From positions 1 to 63,549 of the IMG/VR virus record IMGVR_UViG_3300021598_000208: 63,549 nt of DNA. One strand, 5' to 3'. This stretch comes from a virus. Its lineage: Duplodnaviria > Caudoviricetes. Below the pieces are notes generated by a model. The model saw only the letters and a list, made by a program, of their open reading frames with translations. It searched no databases and was not told the origin of the DNA. The stretch's first letter is position 1, and each line of letters opens with the position of its first letter. The position numbers and the translations under genes were made by a program. Shown in pieces: positions 46,071 to 56,931 of the stretch.

Positions 46071-49000
46071 ATGTCAAAGATTAGTACATACGAGGTCGCC
46101 CCGGTGCCTAAACTATCCGACAAACTAATCGGAACAAGTGTTGGCGGTGAAATTGAGGACGTAACGTATAACTTTACTTTACAGGAGTTATTAGATGTAT
46201 TCCTTCCCGTTATCCCTGCAAATAACTTGCAGGGTATTTTGGATTATGGGAATACCGCTACGCAAGATATTAACTTGTTTGGTACAATAACAACTACTAA
46301 TCTTGAAGTAACTGATACCGCAAACTTATTTATAACCTATCTAAATGAGGAGACTCATATAGTAGGTAGTTTGTTTGATTCTGCTGATTCTGTTGGAACA
46401 GCAGGTCAGGTTCTTACAAGTACAGGTGAAGGAGTTGAGTGGTATACGCTTCCTCCTATCTTTACTCCTAATTTAGAACAAGTCTTAACAGAGGGTAATA
46501 CTTCTGATATTGGCATTATATTAGATGCAAATATTGAGGCAATAGGTGTTATTGCTGATACAGCAAACATAGCAACTGAGTTATCAATTCAAGGAACAGT
46601 TGTAGACTATAATGAGTCTGCAGGTTCTGCAGGTCAGGTTTTAGAAAGTACTTCAACAGGTGTTCAATGGGTTAACCTACCTGTTTATAGTGCGACATCT
46701 CCACTTCTATTTAATCCTGCAACAGGCGTATTCAGTATTCAAGTAGCTAATAGTACTCAAAACGGATACCTTAGTTCAGCTGATTGGATTACTTTCAATG
46801 GTAAGCAAAATGCAGGTTCGTATATTACAGCTCTTACAGGCGAAGCTACTGCTACCGGTCCGGGTTCAGTTCCCATTACACTTAACAATGCTTCGGTAAT
46901 AAATAAGGTTCTTACAGGACTGAATGTTACAGGAGGTAATGTACTTGCAACTGATAGTATTTTAACAGCGTTCGGTAAAGTTCAAAACCAAATAAATGGC
47001 TTAGTAGGTGGCGTTCAATATCAAGGTACGTGGGATGCTGCTACAAATACACCTACTTTAACAAGTAGTGTAGGTACACAAGGTTATTATTATATAGTTA
47101 GCGTTGATGGTAATACCAACTTAAATGGTATTACTGATTGGAAGGTAGGGGATTGGGCAATATTTAGTGGTGGTGTTTGGCAGAAAGTGGACAACACTGA
47201 CTCAGTTACATCTGTAAATGGGTTCACAGGAGCGGTAAGTCTTACGACTGACAACATACCTGAGGGTACAACAAATTTATATTTTTTAAATAGTAGAGCA
47301 AGAGCAGCTGTTAGTGCAACGTCACCTTTGTTGTATAATAATACTACGGGTGTATTCAGCATTCAGCAGGCAAGCGGTATTCAGAATGGATTTCTTTCAA
47401 GCACTGATTGGACTACATTTAATAGCAAACAAGATTACTTGGGTGGAACCGGCTTAGTTAAATCTACTGCCGGAACCATCACATATATTACTGATAACTC
47501 AAGCAATTGGAACACGGCTTATAATAGAAGCCTTACAAGTGCTGCGGTTACAGGTACGTCAACAAAGACGCTTACACTTAATCAACAAGATGGCGGTACT
47601 ATTACTGCTTCTTGGAGTGATGCTGATACAGGACTTACATCAGTAGGTCTATCAATGCCATCAGCATTTACTGTATCGAACTCACCATTGACTTCAAACG
47701 GTACAATCGGTGTTACGGGTGCGGGCACAACGGCTGAGTATATTCGTGGAGATGGTAGCTTAGCTACTTTTCCTTCAATTATATCTGAGGCGCAAAATTT
47801 AGTAACTGAGGTATATAATAGTTCAGGTGCTACATTAACAAAGGGTACTGTTGTTTATATCAATGGTGGTCAAGGTAACTTACCTACAATCACTAAGGCA
47901 ATTGCAACAGGAGACCCTACATCTGCTCAAACATATGGTGTTGTTAGAAGTGACATCACCAATATGAATAATGGGTATGTGGTAGTAACAGGTAGATTAG
48001 CAGATTTAGATACAAGAGATTACACTCCGGGTCAACAACTTTATTTAAGTTCAACTACGGCAGGTGCTTGGACTCCAACTAAACAATATGCTCCTGCACA
48101 TTTAGTGTATGTAGGTATTGTAGTAAGAGCGCATCCTACACAAGGTGTTGTTGAGATTTTAATTCAGAATGGGTTTGAGATGGACGAGTTGCACAATGTG
48201 GCTGCTCAGAATCCTGACAATAATGATATTCTGCAATTTAAGACCTCAACAAATTTATGGACTAAAGTTGCAGGTACAACAACAAATATTGCTGAGGGTA
48301 CAAACCTTTACTATACAGACTTAAGAGCGAGAGGTGCACTTAGCTTAACAACTACAGGCACGAGCGGAGCAGCGACTTACGACAATACTACGGGGGTGTT
48401 TAATATTCCGCAGTATCAAGAGGTAATTACTAATCCAATAACAGGAACAGGTACAACTAATACCTTATCAAAGTTCACAAGTGCTTCAAGCATTGGTAAT
48501 AGTAATATTACTGATACAGGTTCTTTAATTACTTTAGGTTCTAATACTTATGTGAATGGTTCAATGGGATTTGGAACATCTACTGTTGGTAGTTATATTA
48601 TAAGAATTGTATCACCATTAACAGGTGGTACTACCACTTATGGTATTAGTAATGCTCCTACTATTCAATCAGATGTTACGGGGGCATCTATTTTGTTTAG
48701 GACTGCACCTTCAACTGTTGCTTCTACTTTTACTTTAGGAAGTTTACAACATTTTACTGCTGGTACAACAACAATAGGTGCAGGTTCAACAGTTACAAAT
48801 CAGTTTGGGTTTTTAGTATTATCAACTGCAATTGGTGCAACTAATAACTATGCCTTTTCAGGTCAATTATCTGCTGCAACAAACACTTGGAACTTACATA
48901 TGTCAGGTACTGCTAATAACTATATGGCAGGTGCTTTAGGTATAGCTAGGACATCTCTGCCTAATATGAATTTAGGTATTGATAGAAATATTACAGGCTC

Positions 49001-50675
49001 AACTGTTTCTTATGGTATTTTTAATGGAGGTGCTATTCAAAGTGATGTTACAGCTACAGGTGTGTATTATACCACTTCTGCTGCTACTGCTGCCGCCACT
49101 TTTACATTAAATGCTCTTAATCATTATAGTGCAGTACAAAGTACTTTTGGTGCAGGCTCAAGTGTTACTACCCAAACAGGTTTCTTGGTTAATGCAAGTT
49201 TAATTGGAGCTACAAACAATTGGGGTTTTAGAGGAGCAATTCCAAGTGGTACAAATCGCTTTAATTTATATATGGATGGTACTGCTAATAACTATTTAGC
49301 AGGAGATACAGGAATAGGTGGTGTTGCAGCATATATTTCAAGTGGTCCAATTTTAACTTCAACATTAACAAATGGTGGTAGTGGGTATGTAGATGGTACT
49401 TATACTGATGTAGCAACAACACTTATATCTTCAACAGGTGTAGGTGCATTATTTACAATAGTTGTAAGTGGTGGAATAGTAACATCTGCTACTTTAACTT
49501 GGGGAGGTGTTTTTTATAAAACAAATGATACTATATCTGTATCTAATACTTTATTAGGTGGAACAGGTAGTGGGTTAATCATTACAGTAAACACAGTTGA
49601 TTCATCTCAATTAACTATTGCAAATGCAAATGGTGGTGATATTTCTTTATTTAGAATTGATACAGGATTGGTTACAGGAGACAATCTTGGAACTATTAAA
49701 TTTTTAAGTAATGATGCAAGTACAAAGGCAAGCGGCATTCAAGCTGAAATAGGTGCTTATGCAGCAGGTTCTGCAGGTGGTGCTTATTTATCATTTTTAA
49801 CTTCAACAGGAGCAGGTGGTGCATTAACAGAGCAGGTAAGAATAGGTAACGGAGGTCAAGTAGGAATTGGTGGTGCTTATTCTTTGACAGGATATTCTTT
49901 AAGAGTTTCTAAAAATATTACAGGTGCAGTAAACTCATATGGAATTGCATCTGATGGAGAAATTCAATCAGGCGTAACAACAAGTGCCAATTTATTTTAC
50001 ACATCAGCAACAACTGCAGCTACTACATTTACATTAACAAGTTTAAATCATTTTGCTGCAGTACAAGGTACATTTGGCGCAGGTAGTACAGTTACTAATC
50101 AGTATGGATTTATAGCAGGTTCTTCATTAATAGGAGCAACTAACAACTATGGCTTCTTTGGTAACATAGCAAGTGGCACTAATCGTTGGAACTTATATAT
50201 GAACGGAACTGCTAATAACTACTTAAATGGAAATACAGGCATAGGTAGTACTATTCCAAGTGGAAAATTAGAAGTTAACGTAGGTTCAAGTGCTGCATAT
50301 TTTACAAGGACTGCAGGAGACAATGGTGCAATTAATCCTGCTTTAGCAATTTTAACATCATCAACTGCATCAAGGATTTATTCTTATGGTACTGCTTTAG
50401 AATTTTTTACTGCAGCGGTTGGTGGTACTGCTACCGAAAAAATGCGTTTAAGTGACATTGGGTCATTTGGAATTGGCACAGGCTCGTCAATTAATGCTTC
50501 AGCTAAAGTACAAATAGATAGTACCTCTCAGGGCTTCTTGCCTCCGAGAATGACATTAGCACAAAGAACAGCAATAGCTTCTCCTGCAACAGGATTAATA
50601 GTATATCAGACTGATGGGGTTGAAGGATTATGGGTTAATACAAGCACAGGTTGGCGTGAATTGACAGTAGTATAA
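46071..50675 (+). CDS. Long tail fibre protein 1
   Basis: 1534 aa, Thr/Gly/Ser-rich, internal repeats, C-terminal GFLPPRMT..QR..I.SPATGLIVYQTD. Confidence 0.8.
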   Translation: MSKISTYEVAPVPKLSDKLIGTSVGGEIEDVTYNFTLQELLDVFLPVIPANNLQGILDYGNTATQDINLFGTITTTNLEVTDTANLFITYLNEETHIVGSLFDSADSVGTAGQVLTSTGEGVEWYTLPPIFTPNLEQVLTEGNTSDIGIILDANIEAIGVIADTANIATELSIQGTVVDYNESAGSAGQVLESTSTGVQWVNLPVYSATSPLLFNPATGVFSIQVANSTQNGYLSSADWITFNGKQNAGSYITALTGEATATGPGSVPITLNNASVINKVLTGLNVTGGNVLATDSILTAFGKVQNQINGLVGGVQYQGTWDAATNTPTLTSSVGTQGYYYIVSVDGNTNLNGITDWKVGDWAIFSGGVWQKVDNTDSVTSVNGFTGAVSLTTDNIPEGTTNLYFLNSRARAAVSATSPLLYNNTTGVFSIQQASGIQNGFLSSTDWTTFNSKQDYLGGTGLVKSTAGTITYITDNSSNWNTAYNRSLTSAAVTGTSTKTLTLNQQDGGTITASWSDADTGLTSVGLSMPSAFTVSNSPLTSNGTIGVTGAGTTAEYIRGDGSLATFPSIISEAQNLVTEVYNSSGATLTKGTVVYINGGQGNLPTITKAIATGDPTSAQTYGVVRSDITNMNNGYVVVTGRLADLDTRDYTPGQQLYLSSTTAGAWTPTKQYAPAHLVYVGIVVRAHPTQGVVEILIQNGFEMDELHNVAAQNPDNNDILQFKTSTNLWTKVAGTTTNIAEGTNLYYTDLRARGALSLTTTGTSGAATYDNTTGVFNIPQYQEVITNPITGTGTTNTLSKFTSASSIGNSNITDTGSLITLGSNTYVNGSMGFGTSTVGSYIIRIVSPLTGGTTTYGISNAPTIQSDVTGASILFRTAPSTVASTFTLGSLQHFTAGTTTIGAGSTVTNQFGFLVLSTAIGATNNYAFSGQLSAATNTWNLHMSGTANNYMAGALGIARTSLPNMNLGIDRNITGSTVSYGIFNGGAIQSDVTATGVYYTTSAATAAATFTLNALNHYSAVQSTFGAGSSVTTQTGFLVNASLIGATNNWGFRGAIPSGTNRFNLYMDGTANNYLAGDTGIGGVAAYISSGPILTSTLTNGGSGYVDGTYTDVATTLISSTGVGALFTIVVSGGIVTSATLTWGGVFYKTNDTISVSNTLLGGTGSGLIITVNTVDSSQLTIANANGGDISLFRIDTGLVTGDNLGTIKFLSNDASTKASGIQAEIGAYAAGSAGGAYLSFLTSTGAGGALTEQVRIGNGGQVGIGGAYSLTGYSLRVSKNITGAVNSYGIASDGEIQSGVTTSANLFYTSATTAATTFTLTSLNHFAAVQGTFGAGSTVTNQYGFIAGSSLIGATNNYGFFGNIASGTNRWNLYMNGTANNYLNGNTGIGSTIPSGKLEVNVGSSAAYFTRTAGDNGAINPALAILTSSTASRIYSYGTALEFFTAAVGGTATEKMRLSDIGSFGIGTGSSINASAKVQIDSTSQGFLPPRMTLAQRTAIASPATGLIVYQTDGVEGLWVNTSTGWRELTVV

Positions 50676-50697
50676 AATAAATAATTAACTTTGGATT

Positions 50698-53600
50698 ATG
50701 GCTTTAGCTAACATAACAAATAACATCTTAACAGACACCGGAGTTAACGTATCAAGTTTAACTCCTACGTCTACTACTATATCTACAACTGCACCTTTAC
50801 AAGGTGGCGGAGACCTTAGTGCGAACAGAACATTATCAATAACACAATCAGGAACATCTGCAAATGGATTCCTTTCTTCAACTGATTGGAATACATTCAA
50901 TAATAAGCAAGCGGCAGGTAACTATATGACCTCACTTACAGGTGAGGCTACGGGAACGGGTCCGGGTGCGACTGCAGTAATTTTAAATAATGCATCAGTA
51001 ACAGCTAAGGTTCTTACGGGTGTTAATATTACCGGTGGTTCAATTAGTGCTTCTGATAGCATTCTTACAGCTTTTGGAAAAGTACAGAACCAAATCAACG
51101 GATTAATCGGCAGTTCAATATACCAAGGTGTATGGAACGCTGCAACTAACACACCTACTTTACAGAGTGGCGTTGGTGTAAGAGGTTACTACTACATTGT
51201 AAATGTGGCAGGTACTACAAATCTTGATGGAATCACAGATTGGTTTGTGGGCGATTGGGCGATATTTGACGGAACAGCTTGGCAGCAGGTAGATAATACT
51301 GACGCTGTAGTAAGTGTTAATGGTCAAACAGGTGCTGTTAGTTTAACCACTGACAATATTCCTGAAGGAGCAACCAATCAATACTTCTTAAATAGCAGAG
51401 CACGTGCAGCATTAAGTTTTGCTGCAGGCAGTGGTGCGTATAATAGCACTACAGGTGTTATTACTATACCAACTAATACAAGTCAGTTAACCAATGGTGC
51501 TAACTTTATTACATTAGCATCACTTAGTGGAACGGCTCCTATTCAATATAATAGTAGTACAGGTGCTATCAGCATTACCCAATCAGGTACATCTTCAAAC
51601 GGGTTCTTGTCAAGTACTGATTGGAACACGTTTAATAATAAGCAAAGTGCTTTAACTAATCCGGTAACAGGTACAGGTACTACAAACTACCTACCTAAGT
51701 TTACAGGTACAAGTACAATAGGGAATAGTAGTTTACAAGATGATGGTAGCAATGTTTTTTTAAGTAATGGTTATTATATCTCAACAAGAACAGATAATAC
51801 TTCTGTTTTAAGAACGCATTTATTAATGCAAAGAGGAAGCGGTGCAGGAACTTACGCTGATATTTTTACGGCAGGAGATACTGCAAATGGAGTAGCTTCT
51901 ATGCAATTTGGATTTAATTCAAGTGCAAAAATGATACTTACCGCTTCAGGCAATTTAGGTTTAGGAGTAACACCAAGTGCGTGGGGTAGTGGTTCAACTG
52001 CGTTTGAAATTGGTAATGGTGCTATTTGGAAATCTGGTAGCCGTTCAGTTGATTGGATTGCAAATGGTTATTATGATGGTACGAATTATATATATAATCT
52101 AACTAATGCTGCAACATTTTATAGGCAATATGACGGTCAGCATCAATGGCATCAAGCTCCTTCAGGAACGGCAGGTAACGCTATATCCTTTACCCAAGCA
52201 ATGACGTTAGATGCGAGTGGGAATCTTTTGTTAGGTGGTACAAGCACCAATAGCGGTAGGTTGCAAGTTACGGGAACTGCAAATAATTGGACACAAACTA
52301 TTTTAGCGTCAACTACTTCAGGACAATCTTATGGTTTATTAGTAACAGCAGGAACAACTTCTACAGATGCTTCTTTTTATGTTAGAAATGCAGCAGGAAC
52401 ATCTCCTTATTTATATATTAGAGGAGATGGTAATGTGGGTATAGGTACTACAAGTCCAACGGCTAAATTAGAGGTAGTTGGTGGAACAATAAATAACCAA
52501 ATAGCAAGGTTCATAACTGCTGATTTTCCTACACATAGCATTGGACTTGGTGTAGATGGCGCAGGTTCGGAATGGGGTGCTTCTATATTCCAAGATGATG
52601 TAAAAAGATTTACTATTGATGGGAATGGTGGTATATTAGTTGGTTCAAGTTATCAAAGTAGTAATGCTCCTGCAAATGGTGCTATCATTCAAGGTAACGT
52701 AGGTATAGGTACTTCATCGCCCGGAACTAAATTACAAGTTAATAGTACAGCAGGAACTTATGGAATAACAAATACTAACGGAACTGTAACTATTGGAACA
52801 TATATTGAAGCGTCAAATACTTATGCATCATTTGGTACTTCATCAAACCATCCTATTGGATTTTTTACTAATAACAATGCTCCGCAGATGTATATTAATA
52901 CATCGGGCAACGTAGGTATAGGTACTACATCGCCAAACAATAATACAATATCAGCTTTTGATGCCTTAACTATTGGTAAGACATCTACATCGTCATCGGC
53001 TTTAGTATTTACAAACGGAAGTTCGACTATATGGGGCTTTAATTATGCCAATGCTTCAAAATATACATTATCTTCTTCTACTGATTTAGCATTTGAAACA
53101 GGCGCAAGTTGGAGTGAAAAGATGCGCATAACAAGTGTGGGGAATGTACTTGTGGGAACAACAACTGCTACGGGTTCATTAAATACTGAAATAACAATTA
53201 ATAACTCAAGTGCGGGGAACTATGCAGGTATTGGATTTAAAACGGCAGACACTAATAGAGGATACATTGGAGCAACAAGTACAAGTATTGAAATAGGAGC
53301 AATAGGTTTTACTTCATTCTACACAGGCGGTGGCTTTGAACGTATGCGCATAACAAGTGGAGGTAATGTAGTAATTGGAAATACAGTTCCATCAAATGTT
53401 GGATTAACAATATACGGCTCAAATGCAGCAACTATTTATCAAACTGCAAACACAGGAACGGGAGCAGCAAATGGTTTTTATGTTGGGCATACAGGAGATA
53501 TAAGCTATATATGGAATTATAATAATTACCCAACTGTTTTTGCTACTAACAACACCGAACGTATGCGCATAACAAGTGGGGGGCAGGTGTGTATTAATAC

Positions 53601-55347
53601 AAGTGGTGGGACAAGTGGTGGTGTTTTCCATCCATTTATAGTTAAAGCAACTGCATCATATTCACAAGGAATTTGGGTTGAGGCTGCTACTAATGATTCT
53701 GCAATATTTTTAGATAATAATGGTTCAGTTCCAACTATAGGTGTTTCATATAGAACATCGGCAGGGTATTTGCCACTAGCGTTTTCAACAAACGGCACCG
53801 AACGTATGCGCATAACAAGTGGGGGGAGTTATGAATTAAGAAATACAGTATTCTCAACATCAACAGATGTAACAACTACAACATACAAGCAATTATATCC
53901 AAGCGAATATAATATAGCTCAGATTGCAGTAAGAACTGATGGACAATTTTATACAGGTGCTTTTAGTTTTAGAACCGCAGATGCTTCTAATGCAAATGTT
54001 CTTTTAGAACGTATGCGCATTCAATCTGATGGAACTATTAGATTAAACGCAGGGGGAGAAACAACATCAGCAACTTTACAATTTTATGCTGACCCAACAC
54101 CATCTAATGGAGCAAGCATAGCAGTTAGTTATTTAGGTTCAGGTTCTTATGGTCCTTTGACATTTGGCACAGGCGGAAGCGAGCGTATGCGCATAACCTC
54201 AAGCGGTAACATAGGTATAGGCACTACGAGTCCTGTAACTCGTTTAAATTTAGCAGGAAGTTCAACACAATACATTACATTAACAAACGGTGGTGCAGAC
54301 GGTGTTCCAAATGCAGTTCAAGGTGGTATAATAGGACAAGCAAGATTGTCTAATAATAACCTTGCTCAAATGGCTTCTATTCTATTTAGAAATCAAAATA
54401 GCGCTGCTTGGTATCTAGGTGAAATTACTTTTAACACTAATGGTACAGATGGTACTAATCCAAGTGTTTCACCTACCGAAAGAATGAGAATAAATTCTGA
54501 TGGCTTGGTAGGTATAGGTACTACATCGCCAAGTGCAAATTTAGAAGTTGTTGGAGGAAGTAATACCGCAACAAGTTTTGGTAGTTTTATAGTTAGGAAT
54601 AGTTCTAATGCAGGTATGTCTTTTGGTGCATCTTCTACTTCTTACGCTTGGATACAAGGGAATATTTATGGCACAGGAATAGCGCCTATTGTTTTACAAT
54701 CTAATGGCGGTAACGTAGGTATTGGAATCACTAACCCTAATGTGCCTTTAGATGTTCAAGGGAATATTCGTATTAGAGGAGCAAGTTCTTCAAGCTATTT
54801 ACTTTTTAATACTGATGGTTCAACAAATAATTATGGAGGCATAGAAGTTAATAATGACATTTCAAATGGAACTTCAATGCGTTTTTATAATCTTACATCA
54901 GGGAGTTTAACTGAGAAAATGCGTGTAACAAGTGGTGGTGATTTATTAGTAAATGCAACAGCAACCACTCAAGGAGCTAAGTTCTATGTAAATGGGATAG
55001 GTGCATTTGGAAGTGTATATGTTGGAGCATTAGGTACAGGAACTGTTTACTCAAATGCAGGATTCCTAACCAATACCAACCCTTCAGACAGAAGATTAAA
55101 AAACAATATCATACCACTTACCTATGGTCTATCTGATATATTAAAATTAAATCCTGTTTCATATAATTGGAAAGATGGAACCAATGGTAAGCAATTTGGA
55201 TTCATAGCACAAGAAGTACAAGAAATAATGCCTGATGCAGTAAAGCAAGGAGAGTATCTTGGACTTGAAAAAGACGCTATCTATTCAGCTTTGGTAAATG
55301 CAATTAAAGAACTTAAACAAGAATTAGACACTTTAAAAAACAAATAA
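50698..55347 (+). CDS. Long tail fibre protein 2 with C-terminal intramolecular chaperone (peptidase S74)
   Basis: GNVGIGTTSP and ERMRITS repeats; SDRRLKNNI...LNPVSYNWK...GFIAQEV. Confidence 0.9.
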   Translation: MALANITNNILTDTGVNVSSLTPTSTTISTTAPLQGGGDLSANRTLSITQSGTSANGFLSSTDWNTFNNKQAAGNYMTSLTGEATGTGPGATAVILNNASVTAKVLTGVNITGGSISASDSILTAFGKVQNQINGLIGSSIYQGVWNAATNTPTLQSGVGVRGYYYIVNVAGTTNLDGITDWFVGDWAIFDGTAWQQVDNTDAVVSVNGQTGAVSLTTDNIPEGATNQYFLNSRARAALSFAAGSGAYNSTTGVITIPTNTSQLTNGANFITLASLSGTAPIQYNSSTGAISITQSGTSSNGFLSSTDWNTFNNKQSALTNPVTGTGTTNYLPKFTGTSTIGNSSLQDDGSNVFLSNGYYISTRTDNTSVLRTHLLMQRGSGAGTYADIFTAGDTANGVASMQFGFNSSAKMILTASGNLGLGVTPSAWGSGSTAFEIGNGAIWKSGSRSVDWIANGYYDGTNYIYNLTNAATFYRQYDGQHQWHQAPSGTAGNAISFTQAMTLDASGNLLLGGTSTNSGRLQVTGTANNWTQTILASTTSGQSYGLLVTAGTTSTDASFYVRNAAGTSPYLYIRGDGNVGIGTTSPTAKLEVVGGTINNQIARFITADFPTHSIGLGVDGAGSEWGASIFQDDVKRFTIDGNGGILVGSSYQSSNAPANGAIIQGNVGIGTSSPGTKLQVNSTAGTYGITNTNGTVTIGTYIEASNTYASFGTSSNHPIGFFTNNNAPQMYINTSGNVGIGTTSPNNNTISAFDALTIGKTSTSSSALVFTNGSSTIWGFNYANASKYTLSSSTDLAFETGASWSEKMRITSVGNVLVGTTTATGSLNTEITINNSSAGNYAGIGFKTADTNRGYIGATSTSIEIGAIGFTSFYTGGGFERMRITSGGNVVIGNTVPSNVGLTIYGSNAATIYQTANTGTGAANGFYVGHTGDISYIWNYNNYPTVFATNNTERMRITSGGQVCINTSGGTSGGVFHPFIVKATASYSQGIWVEAATNDSAIFLDNNGSVPTIGVSYRTSAGYLPLAFSTNGTERMRITSGGSYELRNTVFSTSTDVTTTTYKQLYPSEYNIAQIAVRTDGQFYTGAFSFRTADASNANVLLERMRIQSDGTIRLNAGGETTSATLQFYADPTPSNGASIAVSYLGSGSYGPLTFGTGGSERMRITSSGNIGIGTTSPVTRLNLAGSSTQYITLTNGGADGVPNAVQGGIIGQARLSNNNLAQMASILFRNQNSAAWYLGEITFNTNGTDGTNPSVSPTERMRINSDGLVGIGTTSPSANLEVVGGSNTATSFGSFIVRNSSNAGMSFGASSTSYAWIQGNIYGTGIAPIVLQSNGGNVGIGITNPNVPLDVQGNIRIRGASSSSYLLFNTDGSTNNYGGIEVNNDISNGTSMRFYNLTSGSLTEKMRVTSGGDLLVNATATTQGAKFYVNGIGAFGSVYVGALGTGTVYSNAGFLTNTNPSDRRLKNNIIPLTYGLSDILKLNPVSYNWKDGTNGKQFGFIAQEVQEIMPDAVKQGEYLGLEKDAIYSALVNAIKELKQELDTLKNK

Positions 55348-55349
55348 AA

Positions 55350-55706
55350 ATGGCAACAACAGTATTTGAATGGGTAATCAGCCAATTAAATTGCGCTGTA
55401 GAATCAGAAGGTTTACCTGACGTTATCAATGTAATACATTGGCGTTATAACGCAACACAAGTAGATGGAGACAAAACTTACTTCGCTGACACCTATGGTG
55501 CATCAAGCGTAGCACAACCAAATCCACAAGACTTTATCCCTTACGCTGATGTAACTGAGGCTGAAGTTATTGGATGGTTAGAAGAAATCCTTCCTGTGGA
55601 AGCTATGCAGGCAAGTCTTGAGGCTAACATTGCGCTACAAATTAACCCTGTTGAGGTGACATTACCATTACCTTGGTTACCACAACCTACACCTCCAACT
55701 TTGTAG
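55350..55706 (+). CDS. Tail-fibre-associated protein
   Basis: IHWRY...FIPYADVTEAEVIGW...LPLPW. Confidence 0.7.
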   Translation: MATTVFEWVISQLNCAVESEGLPDVINVIHWRYNATQVDGDKTYFADTYGASSVAQPNPQDFIPYADVTEAEVIGWLEEILPVEAMQASLEANIALQINPVEVTLPLPWLPQPTPPTL

Positions 55707-55754
55707 TTCAATAAATATTTATTACTTTTACATTATTAAATCAAATCAAATAAA

Positions 55755-56141
55755 ATGAAGTACAAAGACCTAAACATTTTAGTAGCATCTATCAATGCTG
55801 TTATTGGCGGACAAGAAACAAAAGTTCAGAAGAAGTTATTCAAGTTGTACGAAAAGGTTAAGCCTTTCCACGAATCTTATAACGCTCAGCGTGATGAGTT
55901 ACGTTTGGATAATGCCGCAACGGATGACAAGGGTATTCTTTTAATGGACGAAAAAGGTGAATACAAATTCAATAAGGAAGGCGTAAAGAAGCTGACCAAA
56001 GACATTGAAGCCTTAAACGAGAAAGAATTTGACTTCAAACCTATTGAGGTTATCAATACCAATGGATTAGAGAAGTTTACGTTTCTTGAAGATTGGACTA
56101 CAGGAATCACTTTTGTTAAGGAAGAAGAGGAAGAACTCTAA
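55755..56141 (+). CDS. Hypothetical protein
   Basis: 128 aa with AAATCAAAT leader. Confidence 0.7.
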   Translation: MKYKDLNILVASINAVIGGQETKVQKKLFKLYEKVKPFHESYNAQRDELRLDNAATDDKGILLMDEKGEYKFNKEGVKKLTKDIEALNEKEFDFKPIEVINTNGLEKFTFLEDWTTGITFVKEEEEEL

Positions 56142-56368
56142 TGGATATTCGTAAAATATCAATAGGACCGGACTACAAAGGAGGTGCTATGCACTATCTT
56201 GTAGGGCAAAAAGTCCTTGGCGATACTAACGAGATTCACCTTATCAAATTTGATACAGAGAAACAATCTGTTAAGATTTACATCATAAACGAGAAGGCGG
56301 AAGTTGTACTTTGGAAAGAGTTTAACTCCACCATTCCTATATCCATTGAATATAACATCAACATCTAA
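56141..56368 (+). CDS. Hypothetical protein
   Basis: IRKISIGPDYK..AMHY.VGQ; TAATG coupling on both sides. Confidence 0.75.
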   Translation: MDIRKISIGPDYKGGAMHYLVGQKVLGDTNEIHLIKFDTEKQSVKIYIINEKAEVVLWKEFNSTIPISIEYNINI

Positions 56369-56931
56369 TGAGGTCTCCATTCTATTTCATAGCCAAGCCG
56401 GTTAATGGAAAGAGATACGACAACACAAAAGAGATAGGAGGTATTGAACTTATTGTCAGTACATCTGAGGAGGACCACAAGTTCTCTAATCGATTTGCAG
56501 AGGTCGTTGAACTTCCATTGGGGTATAAAGGACCCATTAAACGAGGTGACACTTTACTTGTGCACCATAACGTATTTAAGTTTTATAATGATATGCGGGG
56601 TAGGCAAAAGAGTGGCAAGTCTTTTTTTAAAGACGACCTATTCTTTATAGAGACGGAGCAGTTTTTTATGTATAAGCAGGACTCCACGTGGAACGCTTAT
56701 GATAGATTTTGTTTTGTCAAGCCTATCCCCACTACACAAAGCTATATCAAGAAGCCATTTACCAATGAGCCACTTGTTGGTATAATGAAGTACCCCAATC
56801 AATATTTGATTGATAAAGGCATTAAAGCAGGTGATATGGTTTGCTTTTCTCCGGATAGTGAATACGAGTTTACCGTAGATGATGAGAAGTTATATCGGAT
56901 GTATGACCATCAAATAACAATCAAACTATGA
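56368..56931 (+). CDS. GroES-like protein (two tandem GroES-like halves)
   Basis: FIAKP...AEVVELP...IKRGDTLLV and FCFVKP...GIKAGDMV.F..EYEFTVDDEKLYRM. Confidence 0.55.
   Translation: MRSPFYFIAKPVNGKRYDNTKEIGGIELIVSTSEEDHKFSNRFAEVVELPLGYKGPIKRGDTLLVHHNVFKFYNDMRGRQKSGKSFFKDDLFFIETEQFFMYKQDSTWNAYDRFCFVKPIPTTQSYIKKPFTNEPLVGIMKYPNQYLIDKGIKAGDMVCFSPDSEYEFTVDDEKLYRMYDHQITIKL

Noticed and set aside
46071-55347. Diversity-generating retroelement or invertase shufflon acting on tail fibres
   Set aside because: No reverse transcriptase or site-specific recombinase, no adenine-specific TR/VR pair seen, and the repeats are direct and in frame.
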